Assembly: GCA_963712565.1 (NCBI GenBank)
Contig: CAVQIP010000072.1
Span: 245 to 64,244 of the forward strand
DNA length: 64,000 nt
Direction: 5' to 3'
Origin: an uncultured Alphaproteobacteria bacterium
GTDB taxonomy: Bacteria > Pseudomonadota > Alphaproteobacteria > Rhizobiales > Xanthobacteraceae
Both the position numbers and the translations under genes were made by a program. This document shows, in pieces, positions 1 through 8,684 of the stretch. The notes beneath the pieces were generated by a model. That model made no database searches. It was not told the origin of the DNA and saw nothing but the letters and a program-made list of their open reading frames with translations. Numbering within the stretch: the stretch's first letter is position 1; every line of letters starts with the position of its first letter.

Positions 1-1
1 G

Positions 2-106
2 TGGAATTCATCGCATCCCTCGCGCGGGCCCGACGGCGGCTGTAGCCAGAGCGATCTGCGCGGCACGGGCGGCGACGGGTTGTTCTATTGCTTCGCCACC
101 CAGTAA
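2..106 (+). CDS. C-terminal fragment of an unidentified protein (gene starts upstream of the window)
   Basis: Frame 2 is open from the window edge to TAA 104-106. Its third codon positions are strongly G/C-biased, unlike the other two + frames. The last residues are ...GTGGDGLFYCFATQ. The family is not recognised. Confidence 0.3.
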   Translation, partial: WNSSHPSRGPDGGCSQSDLRGTGGDGLFYCFATQ

Positions 107-247
107 GGCGGTTTTGCAAGCTTTGCGATGGTGGCCGGGCCTTGTAGGCCCGGCCACGTCTATCTGGAGATTCGCGATTTAGCGGCTCAAGTGTGTTCCC
201 GTGCCGAGATACTTCGGATGCGCTGCCGGCTCGGCCGCCGCCGCCGT

Positions 248-1219
248 TCAGTTCGTCGGCACGATGTGCGCATCCTTGCCGAGCTTGACCGTGGCGGCGA
301 CGTCGTCGCGGAAGAACTTGTCGAATCCGTCGACGCTCATCGGCTGCGGCTGCACGCCCAGTTTGCCCAGGCGCTCCTGAATGGCCGGAATGTCCAGGGC
401 CTTCTGGGTCTCGTCGTGCAGCTTGTCGATGATGGGACGCGGCGTTCCCGCCGGCACCGACAGCCCGCCCCAGAACAAGTAGGTCGCGGCGGGATAGCCG
501 GCTTCGGTCGTGGTCGGGACGTTCGGCAGCGCCGGCGCGCGTTTGGGCGTGCTTACCGCGAGCGCCACCACCTTGCCCTCCCCGATCACCGGCAGGGCCG
601 GCGCGATCGGTAGAAAATAGAAGTCGATGCGGCCCGACATCAGCTCGGTGAATGCCTCGACCGGGCCGCGGAACGGGATGTGCTGGACGTCGATGCCGGC
701 GGCGAGCCGCAGGCGCTCGGCCGCCATGTGCGAGGCGGAGCCGATGCCGGCGGAGGCGAAATTCAACGTGCCGGGCTTCGCCTTGGCCGCTGCAACCAGG
801 TCGGCGACCGTCTTGAAGCCTTTCGACGGTGCCGCGACCAACACGCTCGGCTGGATTCCGAACAGGACCACCGGCGCGAAATCCCGCAATGGATCGTACG
901 GCAGGGTCTTGTGCAGCACGACATGCGAGCTCAGCGAGGACGAGTGCAGCAGGACCGTGTAGCCGTCCGGGTCGGCCTTTGCCACGAAGGCGGCGCCGAT
1001 CATGCCGCCGCCGCCCGGCCGGTTCTCGATGACGAAGGCTTGGCCGAGCTGCTTCGACACTTGGTCGAGCACGACGCGTCCGACGATGTCGTTGGCATTG
1101 CCCGCGGTGAACGGGCTGACCACCTGGACGGCGCGGCTGGGCCACGAGTCTGCCGCGGCTGCCGACGCGCCGGCCGCGAGAATGGCGACGGCGCCGCACA
1201 AGGTGCGAAGTGATGTCAT
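248..1219 (-). CDS. Tripartite tricarboxylate transporter substrate-binding protein (TctC/Bug family)
   Basis: ORF 248..1333 trimmed to the ATG at 1217-1219 (MTSLRTLCGAVAILAAGASAAAA signal peptide) with GGGAGAG upstream. Bug-family blocks are present: FTAGNANDIVGR, ENRPGGGG, DPDGYT. Confidence 0.85.
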   Translation of the reverse strand: MTSLRTLCGAVAILAAGASAAAADSWPSRAVQVVSPFTAGNANDIVGRVVLDQVSKQLGQAFVIENRPGGGGMIGAAFVAKADPDGYTVLLHSSSLSSHVVLHKTLPYDPLRDFAPVVLFGIQPSVLVAAPSKGFKTVADLVAAAKAKPGTLNFASAGIGSASHMAAERLRLAAGIDVQHIPFRGPVEAFTELMSGRIDFYFLPIAPALPVIGEGKVVALAVSTPKRAPALPNVPTTTEAGYPAATYLFWGGLSVPAGTPRPIIDKLHDETQKALDIPAIQERLGKLGVQPQPMSVDGFDKFFRDDVAATVKLGKDAHIVPTN

Positions 1220-1432
1220 CTCACTCTCCCTGGAAGGATGAATTGTGTCGAAGCTCTCGTCGGCTTCGTTGTATCGTTCGCTTCGTCCGCCGGGCATCAT
1301 CTGCGATGAGCGTCCGGCCGAAGCGGCCGCCATCGGTCAGGATGACCCCATCCGGCTACTCTGGCAATGCGCGGCCGAGGGCCCGGCTGCGGTAGCGCGT
1401 CGCATCCGTCGGGTGGAGCGAGCGAACGGCGG

Positions 1433-1757
1433 CTAGTGTGGCGGTTCAGAAGTCCGCATCTTTCTTGCGGTGAGTCCGAAATGCGGACTTCTGAACCAAA
1501 GCCACACTAGATCAATAAGTTGCTAGTGTCCTTCGATACCGAAGTTCGCAACCGAGCGTGCCGCACAATGATGCGAACTTCGGAATCGGGACACTAGTGT
1601 GGCGGTTCAGAAGTCCGCATCTTTCTTGCGGTAAGTCCGAAATGCGGACTTCTGAACCAAAGCCACACTAGATCAATAAGTTGCTAGTGTCCTTCGATCC
1701 GAAGTTCGCAACCGAGCGTGCCGCACAATGATGCGAACTTCGGAATCGGGACACTAG
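1433..1757. repeat. Tandem duplication (161 + 160 bp units) of a composite element made of two long near-perfect hairpins, each bounded by CTAG
   Basis: Direct reading: 1433..1593 repeats at 1594..1757 with one substitution (g1472 versus a1633) and one 1-nt indel (a1538). The hairpins are 1433-1510, 1523-1597, 1594-1671 and 1684-1757. Confidence 0.9.
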
Positions 1758-2740
1758 CCCTGTGGCTCGATGTTGGCCACGCGCACGTACTCGCCCCAGT
1801 CCGTGATCTGCTGGAGGAAATAGGCCTGCGCCTCGTCCGGCCTGCTCACCCAGGGATCGCTGGCGATGCCGTTGAGGAACGTCTTGGCTTCCTCGCTTGC
1901 CACGACTTGGCTGAACCACGCGTTGAGCTGGTCGACGATCGGCCTCGGCGTGCCGGCCGGCACCAGGGCCGCCCACCAGCTGCGGATGTCGGTCGGATAG
2001 CCGCTCTCGGTCAGGGTCGGGATGTCCGGCGCCGCCCGCATGCGCGTGCCGGCGCCGACCGCGAGCAGGCGCATGCGGCCCGCATTGGCCTGCGCCATGC
2101 CCTGGACGTTGTCGACGACGGCGAAGTCGATCTTCCCGGAATAGAGTTCGTTGAGGTAGTCGGCGCCGGTGCGGTAACCCACCTCGACCGCCTGCAGGCC
2201 GGCCTTCTCCTTGTACATTGCGCCGAGCACCCGCGAGGTCGGGTTCGCGAATGCGTAGCTCGCCTTGTTGCCCCTCTCCTTCATCGCCGCGGTCAGGTCG
2301 GACATGGTCTTCCACGGACCGTCGGCGCGCACGGCAATCATCATGGTTGCGCTGTTGATGGTGGCGGCGACCTGGAATGCCTTGGCCGCATCCACGGGCG
2401 GCTTCTTGAACAGGTGCATGCTGGCGGCGACCGAGTTCCCGCCGGTGACCAGGATGGTGTACCCGTCGGGCTTCGAGCGCGCGACGAATTCGGTCGCGAT
2501 ATTGCCGAGCGCGCCCGGTTTGTTCTGGACGATGATGGTGCGGTTCATGACCGGGCGCAGCTTGTCGGCGAAGAACCGCACCATGATGTCGGCGCCGCTG
2601 CCGGCCGCGAACCCGCAGATGAAGTTCACGTCCTGCGAGGGATAGGCCTGGGATTGGGCCCGGACACTGTCAGGCGCCAACGTCGTCGCCGCGGCCAGCG
2701 CCATCGCGACGGCGGGCAGCAAGCCCGGCATGTGGGTCAT
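1754..2740 (-). CDS. TctC/Bug family substrate-binding protein
   Basis: ORF 1754..2773 trimmed to the ATG at 2738-2740 (MTHMPGLLPAVAMALAAATTLA signal) with a GGAGG SD. Motifs GFAAGSGADI, QNKPGALG and KPDGYT are present. The stop TAG lies inside the terminal CTAG of the hairpin repeat. Confidence 0.85.
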   Translation of the reverse strand: MTHMPGLLPAVAMALAAATTLAPDSVRAQSQAYPSQDVNFICGFAAGSGADIMVRFFADKLRPVMNRTIIVQNKPGALGNIATEFVARSKPDGYTILVTGGNSVAASMHLFKKPPVDAAKAFQVAATINSATMMIAVRADGPWKTMSDLTAAMKERGNKASYAFANPTSRVLGAMYKEKAGLQAVEVGYRTGADYLNELYSGKIDFAVVDNVQGMAQANAGRMRLLAVGAGTRMRAAPDIPTLTESGYPTDIRSWWAALVPAGTPRPIVDQLNAWFSQVVASEEAKTFLNGIASDPWVSRPDEAQAYFLQQITDWGEYVRVANIEPQG

Positions 2741-2830
2741 GACGGTACCTCCGGTTTCAGCGGTCTCGACCAACGCGGAGGAGGAAATTGTCGGTCAGCT
2801 CGGACGGGAAAGCAATGATCCGGCCGCGCG

Positions 2831-3790
2831 CTAGTTCTCCAATCCGGTCGGCACGTTCTTGTTCTCGCTGGCGAGCTTCATGCCGGCGGCGAGCGCCATG
2901 GTCTCCATCAGCGCCGCGAAATCCTTCTGCAGATATTCCTCCGGATCGGGTTTGAGCGTCGCCGCGCCGAAATGGCCCTGCAGCACCTCGCGCGTCGCCG
3001 CCGTCACCGGCATCGGCACGTCCCATTCGCGCCCGAGCGCGAGCCCGAGGTCGAGGTCCTTGCGCAAGAGCTCCGGCGTGAAGGTGGTGGTCCAGTCGAG
3101 ATTGACCAGCGCCGGCGACTTGTAGCGCGTGAACATCGAGCCCATCACGCTGTTGTTCATGAAAGCGAGGAAGGCGTGACGGGGAATTCCCATCTTGTTG
3201 GCAAGGAGCGTGATCTCGATCAGGTTCTCGATCACCACGCCGAGCATGACGTTGTGGGCGATCTTGCAGATGCGCGCGAGCTCGCCTTCGCCCACATAGG
3301 AGACGCCCTGCGGCGCGATCACCTCGAGCATGGGCGTGACCGTCTTGCAGGCGGCCTCGCTGCCGGAGATGACGGCGGAGAGCTTGCCCGCCTTGATCAC
3401 CTTGGCGTTGCCGGAGACCGGCGCCGCGACGAACTCGCTGCCGAGCTGCTTGAGGCGGTCGCGGATGGCGGCGGACTCCTCGACCGCGATGGTCGAGCAA
3501 TCGACGAAGATCTTCGGCAGCTTGCCGCCGTGCCCGGTGACGCTGTTCTTGCCGAAATAGACCTGGTCGAGGTCCTTTCCGGTGGAGACGATCGAGAACA
3601 GCACGTCGACGTCCTTGAGGTCGAACAGCTTGTCGACCACCTTGCCGCCGATCTTCGCCAGCGGCTCGGCCTTGGCGCGGGTGCGGTTCCAGATCGAGAC
3701 GTCGTAGCCGGCCTTGATGAGGCGCTCGGCCATGGGATAGCCCATGCGGCCCATGCCGATCCAGCCGATCTTGTGCTTGTTCGCTGCCAT
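2831..3790 (-). CDS. NAD(P)-dependent oxidoreductase, 3-hydroxyisobutyrate/6-phosphogluconate dehydrogenase-like
   Basis: N-terminal Rossmann motif IGWIGMGRMGYPMA. The length (319 aa) and the C-terminal helical domain are typical of the HIBADH family. GGAGAG SD precedes the ATG at 3790. Confidence 0.85.
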   Translation of the reverse strand: MAANKHKIGWIGMGRMGYPMAERLIKAGYDVSIWNRTRAKAEPLAKIGGKVVDKLFDLKDVDVLFSIVSTGKDLDQVYFGKNSVTGHGGKLPKIFVDCSTIAVEESAAIRDRLKQLGSEFVAAPVSGNAKVIKAGKLSAVISGSEAACKTVTPMLEVIAPQGVSYVGEGELARICKIAHNVMLGVVIENLIEITLLANKMGIPRHAFLAFMNNSVMGSMFTRYKSPALVNLDWTTTFTPELLRKDLDLGLALGREWDVPMPVTAATREVLQGHFGAATLKPDPEEYLQKDFAALMETMALAAGMKLASENKNVPTGLEN

Positions 3791-3888
3791 TCCAACTCTC
3801 CTTGCTCCGCACGGGTCGAATGCGGCGGTCTCCTAGCACATCGGGAAAGCGCTTGTCGTCACGGCTGGGTCTGAAAGCTCCGTTTCCC

Positions 3889-4037
3889 CGTCATGGCCGG
3901 GCTTGTCACTGCAAGTCGGGCTTGCCCGACTTGCAGCATTTAATATGACGGAGCCCGGGCAAGCCCGAGCTCCGATGCCATCCACGACTTGTGTAGCGAA
4001 TGAAAGACGTGGATGGCCGGCATAAAGCCGGCCATGA
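3889..4037. repeat. REP-like cluster (B-type hairpins ccatccacg..cgtggatgg and atggccggc..gccggccat, plus C-type hairpins tgcaagtcggg..cccgacttgca and gagcccggg..cccgagctc)
   Basis: Inverted repeats are read directly. The same modules recur at 21931-22013 and 28944-29067. Confidence 0.7.
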
Positions 4038-4063
4038 CGCGTCAGCATTTCTGAGGCCCGGTA

Positions 4064-5167
4064 TCATTCCGGATCGCCTGGCTTGCCGAACACCCGCGCG
4101 GCGACCCGATCGAACAGAATGAGCGCGGTGCGGCACCAGATCAGCACGATGATGATGCGCATCAGCTGGAACCCGGCGATCATGGTCGCATCGAGCCCGA
4201 GCACCTTGCCGGTGAGCACCATCTCGGCGATGCCGGCGGGCGCCATCGCCAGCACCATGGTCGGCACCGGATAGCCGGCGAGCCACGCGATCGCCGCGGC
4301 GAACAAGGCCATCGATCCCGCGGCGAACAGCACGACCAGGCACGAGGCCCAGAGGAGCCCGAACAGCCGGGTGAGGAACTCGGGCCGAAACTGGGCGCCG
4401 AGCGCGCTGCCGATGACCACCTGGGCGGCGACCAGCAGCAGATCGGGCATGCGGCCCTCGTCGATCCAGCCGAGGTGGCTCGTGCCCGCCGCGATGAACA
4501 ACGGCGCCATCAGCCAGGCATTGGGCGAGCGCGTGCGCGAGAGCAGCGTTGCGACGAGCGCGGAGACCGCGAGCAGTCCGAGCACCGGCAGCCAAGGCAC
4601 GACCGCGGCCGCCAGGAACGGGTTGCGCGCGCCGCTGCCGGCAAACGAGATCACCAGGAACGGTGCGAACACCACGATCAGCGCCACCCGCGCGGTCTGC
4701 GCCACCATGATGGGCTCGAGCTGGCCGCCATAGCGCGGGGCGAGGTTGGTGGTCTCGACCACGCCGCCGGGCACGGTGGCGAAGAACGCGGTGATACGGT
4801 CTATGCCGGTGAGCCGCATGTAAATGAGCCCGCCGATGGCGCCGACGATGGTCGACAGGAAGGCGGCGGCGATGATCAGCGGCAGCAGCGTGAAAAGCTT
4901 CGCCACCACGGTCGCGGTGAATTGCAGCCCGGTCGAGGCGCCGACCACCACCGTCCCTGCCGGACGGCCCCAGGGAATGAGCCGAACCGGCGCGCCCGCG
5001 AGCGACAGCGCCATGGTGGTGAACAGCGCCCCGAGCAGCCACGGCAGCGGCAGATGCGCGGAGCGCGCGGCGAAGCCGCCGGCGACGCCAGCGGCGAGCG
5101 TCCCCGCCATGGCGAGCGCGGCGGCGAGCCGCTTCGGCAGGCGTTGAAGGATGGTGCTTGGATTCAT
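4064..5167 (-). CDS. AbrB-family (putative ammonia monooxygenase-like, duplicated AbrB domain) integral membrane protein
   Basis: Polytopic hydrophobic protein with an internal duplication. The N-terminal block LPLPWLLGALFTTMALSLAG...GLQFT is typical of PF05145-type proteins. The start is chosen at MNPSTIL (ATG 5165-5167). Confidence 0.7.
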   Translation of the reverse strand: MNPSTILQRLPKRLAAALAMAGTLAAGVAGGFAARSAHLPLPWLLGALFTTMALSLAGAPVRLIPWGRPAGTVVVGASTGLQFTATVVAKLFTLLPLIIAAAFLSTIVGAIGGLIYMRLTGIDRITAFFATVPGGVVETTNLAPRYGGQLEPIMVAQTARVALIVVFAPFLVISFAGSGARNPFLAAAVVPWLPVLGLLAVSALVATLLSRTRSPNAWLMAPLFIAAGTSHLGWIDEGRMPDLLLVAAQVVIGSALGAQFRPEFLTRLFGLLWASCLVVLFAAGSMALFAAAIAWLAGYPVPTMVLAMAPAGIAEMVLTGKVLGLDATMIAGFQLMRIIIVLIWCRTALILFDRVAARVFGKPGDPE

Positions 5168-5269
5168 GCAGGCGACGGCGGTGGTAACAGCCCCGCCGGC
5201 GCAAATCCATTGCCGGGCGCGCGCGGCACGCATGCGCCGCCGCTCGGCATGCGCAGTCGCCGCTGGAGA

Positions 5270-5392
5270 CTCGGTGCGCTCCCTCTCCCCATTTGGGGAG
5301 AGGGATGGGGTGAGGGGTTACAGAGCTATCGAGAGACCATAACCCCTCACCCCACCCCTCTCCCTATGGGAGAGGGAGCAGACCGCACCCGC
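5270..5392. repeat. REP-like element, E-type (ctccctctcccc-attt-ggggagaggg / ggggtgaggggtta...taacccctcacccc / ccctctccc-tat-gggagaggg)
   Basis: Three nested inverted repeats are read directly. Sister copies lie at 20968-21074, 25144-25266 and 17609-17819. Confidence 0.85.
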
Positions 5393-5432
5393 TGCACTGT
5401 GTGGGGCCCACTCACGATTCCGGTTCCAGCAT

Positions 5433-5561
5433 TTAGGTGTCGACGGCGCGGTGCGCCCCGATCGCGGCCAGCACCGCGAACGCGCCCACGATCACGAACA
5501 CCGTGCCGCGCGCCGCGTAGCCGATCCGTGCCAGCCACTCGAACAGAGTATGCCGCCGCAT
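5433..5561 (-). pseudogene. Possible 42-aa remnant of a DUF1206-type membrane protein
   Basis: MRRHTLFEWLARIGYAARGTVFVIVGAFAVLAAIGAHRAVDT resembles the first transmembrane repeat of DUF1206 proteins. The frame stops about 30 bp before the E-type REP, and no continuation exists in any frame. Confidence 0.3.
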
Positions 5562-5856
5562 GGTCGCCCCTCGGAATGCCTCGATCGACAGCGCCGTGAT
5601 CGCAGGCATCGCTGAAATGAAAGACCCCGGCCGCGACTGGTCCGAGGTCTTGACCGGAGCAGAGCGCGGTCGCGATCGCGGGTGTGTGCTCCGGACGGAC
5701 ATCAACTCCGGCCGCAACGGAATGTTCCGGGCTTTCGTCGGCGTCGCGGCGGCGGCGGGCTGCCGGGGAGCAGGTCGTCGTCCGCGACGCCAAGGCGCGA
5801 TGTTTGCCGGCAACCCATGCTTGTCCGGGAGGGTAGGCCCGCACTATCGTCGGCCG

Positions 5857-6687
5857 ATGTCCGACCTAGCGCCCACCGCCTCGCTTGCCACCCTCGCCGG
5901 GACCTCGGCGCCGGCGGGCGAGAGCCACCTGCGGATCATCGCGCGCACCGCCTTTCCCTTTCTGGTGGTCGGGCTCATGTGGGAAGTCACCGCGCATCTC
6001 GGCGTCTTTCCGCGCAAGCTGTTTCCTCCGCTGGAAGAGGTGGCGGCGGCGTTCGTGCGCCTCACCGCCGCCGGCATCCTGCCGCATCACGTGCTGGACA
6101 CGCTGCTTCGCCTCACCGCCGGCTTCGCGCTCGCCGCGTTGGCGGGCGTCGTCATCGGCATCGCCATGGGGCGCTCGCGCCGGGCGGAGGACATATTCCT
6201 CCCGCTCATCAGCATCGGCGCACCGATCCCGGGAATCGCCTACGCGCCGTTGTTCCTGCTCTGGTTCGGGCTGGGCAACTTTTCGACCGTGCTGCTGGTC
6301 GCGTTCGTCTCCGCCTTCCCGATCGTCTTCAACACCTGGACCGGAGTGAAGGCGGTCAAGGAGGTGTGGGTGCGCTCCGCCCAGGCCATGGGCGCGGACA
6401 ACCGCCGGCTGTTCCACCACGTCATCCTGCCCGGCGCCCTGCCCTACGTGCTCACCGGACTGCGGCTCGGCCTGGCGCAGGCGTGGCGCATCCTGGTGGG
6501 CGTCGAGATGCTGGCGGCGGTGCCGTGGGGGCTCGGCTGGATGATCTTCGGCGCGCGCGAATTTCTCAACACCGACGTGATGCTCGCGGGCGTCGCCGTG
6601 ATCGGCGTCATCGGCCTCGCCTTGGAGAAGCTGGTGTTCCAGCGGCTCGAGCAATACACCGTCGTGCGCTGGGGGATGATGACGTGA
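5857..6687 (+). CDS. ABC transporter permease, NitT/TauT (SsuC/TauC-like) family
   Basis: ORF 5560..6687 trimmed to the ATG at 5857 (MSDLAPT). Six-TM BPD_transp_1 architecture with the EAA-like block AQAMGADNRRLFHHVILPGALPY. Confidence 0.85.
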   Translation: MSDLAPTASLATLAGTSAPAGESHLRIIARTAFPFLVVGLMWEVTAHLGVFPRKLFPPLEEVAAAFVRLTAAGILPHHVLDTLLRLTAGFALAALAGVVIGIAMGRSRRAEDIFLPLISIGAPIPGIAYAPLFLLWFGLGNFSTVLLVAFVSAFPIVFNTWTGVKAVKEVWVRSAQAMGADNRRLFHHVILPGALPYVLTGLRLGLAQAWRILVGVEMLAAVPWGLGWMIFGAREFLNTDVMLAGVAVIGVIGLALEKLVFQRLEQYTVVRWGMMT

Positions 6688-7505
6688 CCGCCAGCGCCAG
6701 CAGCGCCAGGATGGGGAGCGCCGGCATGGATCGCGCACGCTCGGCCTATCGCGCCGGTCTCACGCTGCTCCTTGCCGCCGCCGTCTACGAGACGATCGCG
6801 CGCAGCGGCGTATTTCCGGCGGCGCTGCTGCCGACGCTGCCGAAGGTCGCCGACACGCTGTGGACGCTCGTCCTCGACGGCACCATGCTGGAGCACGCCG
6901 GTCACACCATGTACCGCGTGCTGGTCGGGCTTGCGCTCGCGGTCGCGGTCGGGCTGCCGCTCGGCATCCTGATGGGGCGCATGCGCGCGGTCGAGAATTT
7001 CTTTCTTCCGCTCGCCAGCGCGCTGATGCCGATCCCCTCGCTCGCCTGGGTGCCGGTGTTCATCCTCTGGTTCGGTCTCGGCAACACGGTCGCGATCCTG
7101 ATCGTGTTCTATGCCGCGCTGTTTCCCATGCTGCTCAATGCCTGGTCGGGCGTGCGCGCGGTCAATCCGCTGTGGCTGCGCGCGGCGGGCGCCATGGGCG
7201 CCGACGAACGCGCGCTGTTCTGGAAGGTGATCGTTCCCGGCGCCTCGCCGTTCATCATCACCGGCCTGCGCCAGGCCTTCCTGCGCGCCTGGATCGCGGT
7301 CGTGGGCGCGGAAATGCTCGCCGCCTCCGACTGGGGCCTGGGCTGGGTGATCTTCGACGCCAAGGAATTCCTCAACGCCGACGTGATGCTCGCGGCGCTC
7401 GCCGTGATCGGCCTGATCGGCTTCGCCTTCGAACGGCTGGTGTTCGGCTCGCTCGAGCGCGCCACCGTCATGCGCTGGGGCATGGTGCGGACGGCGAAGG
7501 GATAG
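6684..7505 (+). CDS. ABC transporter permease, NitT/TauT family (second paralogue)
   Basis: C-terminal part of ORF 5682..7505. GTG 6684 overlaps the upstream TGA (GTGA); alternative ATGs lie at 6711 and 6726. It is paralogous to the preceding permease (AAGAMGADERALFWKVIVPGASPF). Confidence 0.8.
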   Translation: MTASASSARMGSAGMDRARSAYRAGLTLLLAAAVYETIARSGVFPAALLPTLPKVADTLWTLVLDGTMLEHAGHTMYRVLVGLALAVAVGLPLGILMGRMRAVENFFLPLASALMPIPSLAWVPVFILWFGLGNTVAILIVFYAALFPMLLNAWSGVRAVNPLWLRAAGAMGADERALFWKVIVPGASPFIITGLRQAFLRAWIAVVGAEMLAASDWGLGWVIFDAKEFLNADVMLAALAVIGLIGFAFERLVFGSLERATVMRWGMVRTAKG

Positions 7506-7568
7506 GCCCAAGAGGTGTTGTGCTGAACCGTCTCGCCCGGTTCATGTGTTCGCTCGGTTCGTATTACT

Positions 7569-7640
7569 GTCATTCCCGCGAAAGCGGGAACCCATAACCA
7601 CCGATTCTGGAATATGGGTCCCCGCGTTCGCGGGGACGAC
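7569..7640. repeat. REP-like element, A-type (two gtccccgcg..cgcggggac hairpins around ccataaccaccgattctggaatatgg)
   Basis: Read directly. Sister copies lie at 22769-22842, 26341-26475 and 43209-43283 (inverted), with a half copy at 39246-39290. Confidence 0.85.
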
Positions 7641-7671
7641 AGAAGAAATGAGGAACCGCCGGGAGAAGGCC

Positions 7672-8646
7672 ATGAAGCGCTCGTCCGTGCTGGTCGTCGC
7701 CGCGCTGCTCGCGGGCTTGCCCGCGCTCGCCCTCGCCCAGGATTATCCGACCCGTCAGGCGACCATCATCGTGCCGTTCGCGCCCGGCGGCTCCGCCGAC
7801 ATCGTCGCCCGCATCTACGCGCAGAAGCTGTCGGAACGATTGGGCAAGCCGGTGGTGGTGGAGAACCGCGCCGGCGCCGGAACGGTGATCGGCGCGTCGG
7901 CGGCCGCGCGCGCGGAGCCCGACGGATATACGCTGTTCATGGGCGGCAGCTCGGCGCTCGCCTACAATCCCTCCCTGCACAGGAAGCTGCCGTACGATCC
8001 GGCCAAGGACTTCGTGCCGCTCGCGCACGTCGCCGCCATTCCGTTCGTGCTGGTGGTGCAGCCGTCGCTGCCCGTGCACTCGCTGGCGGATCTGATCAAG
8101 CTCGCGCAGGACAAGCCCGGACACCTCGCGTTCGGCACCGCCGGCCTGGGTTCGCCCGCTCACCTCTGCGCCGAATATCTGCGCAGCATCACCGGCATCG
8201 ACATCACCTACATTCCCTACAAGGGCAGCGCCCCGGCGCTGACCGATTTCATCGCCGGGCGCATCCCGACCATGTTCGTCGACCTTCCGCCCGCGCTCCC
8301 CCTGATCCGGGAAGGCAAGATGCGCGCGCTCGGCGTGTCCTCGATCGCCGCGGTGCCGGCGGCGCCCGAGATCAAGCCGCTGGCGCAGGCGGGCGTGCCG
8401 GGCTACGACGCCGGCGGCTGGCTGATGTTCGCCACGCCGGCCGGCACGCCGCAGGAGATCGTGGACAAGCTCCATGCCGAGCTCAAGCGCATCACCGCCA
8501 CGCCCGAGATCCAGCAGCGCTTCACCGAGATGGGCCTCGTTCCGATCGACAGCCCGGCGGTCGATGCGCTCAAGCGCTACGTGGTCTCCGAGATCGAGCG
8601 CTGGGGCAAGGTCATCCGCGCCGCCGGCATCCCCGAATCGGATTGA
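7672..8646 (+). CDS. TctC/Bug family substrate-binding protein
   Basis: ATG 7672 (MKRSSVLVVAALLAGLPALALAQDYPTRQ) follows GGGAGAAGG. Bug blocks are present: FAPGGSADIVAR, ENRAGAGT, EPDGYT, YKGSAPALTD. Confidence 0.9.
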   Translation: MKRSSVLVVAALLAGLPALALAQDYPTRQATIIVPFAPGGSADIVARIYAQKLSERLGKPVVVENRAGAGTVIGASAAARAEPDGYTLFMGGSSALAYNPSLHRKLPYDPAKDFVPLAHVAAIPFVLVVQPSLPVHSLADLIKLAQDKPGHLAFGTAGLGSPAHLCAEYLRSITGIDITYIPYKGSAPALTDFIAGRIPTMFVDLPPALPLIREGKMRALGVSSIAAVPAAPEIKPLAQAGVPGYDAGGWLMFATPAGTPQEIVDKLHAELKRITATPEIQQRFTEMGLVPIDSPAVDALKRYVVSEIERWGKVIRAAGIPESD

Positions 8647-8684
8647 TGCGCATCCCGATGAAACGGAATCAATACGAGCGGCAA

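Noticed and set aside
128-613. The + strand ORF of 161 aa at the start of the window, plus 627..962, 680..1213 and similar ORFs
   Set aside because: They lie opposite the well-supported Bug gene at 248..1219. Their products are Arg-rich with no domain signature.
5682-7505. A 607-aa ORF spanning both ABC permease genes
   Set aside because: Only the part from about 6684 onward encodes a permease. The upstream portion is the out-of-frame shadow of the first permease gene (5857..6687).
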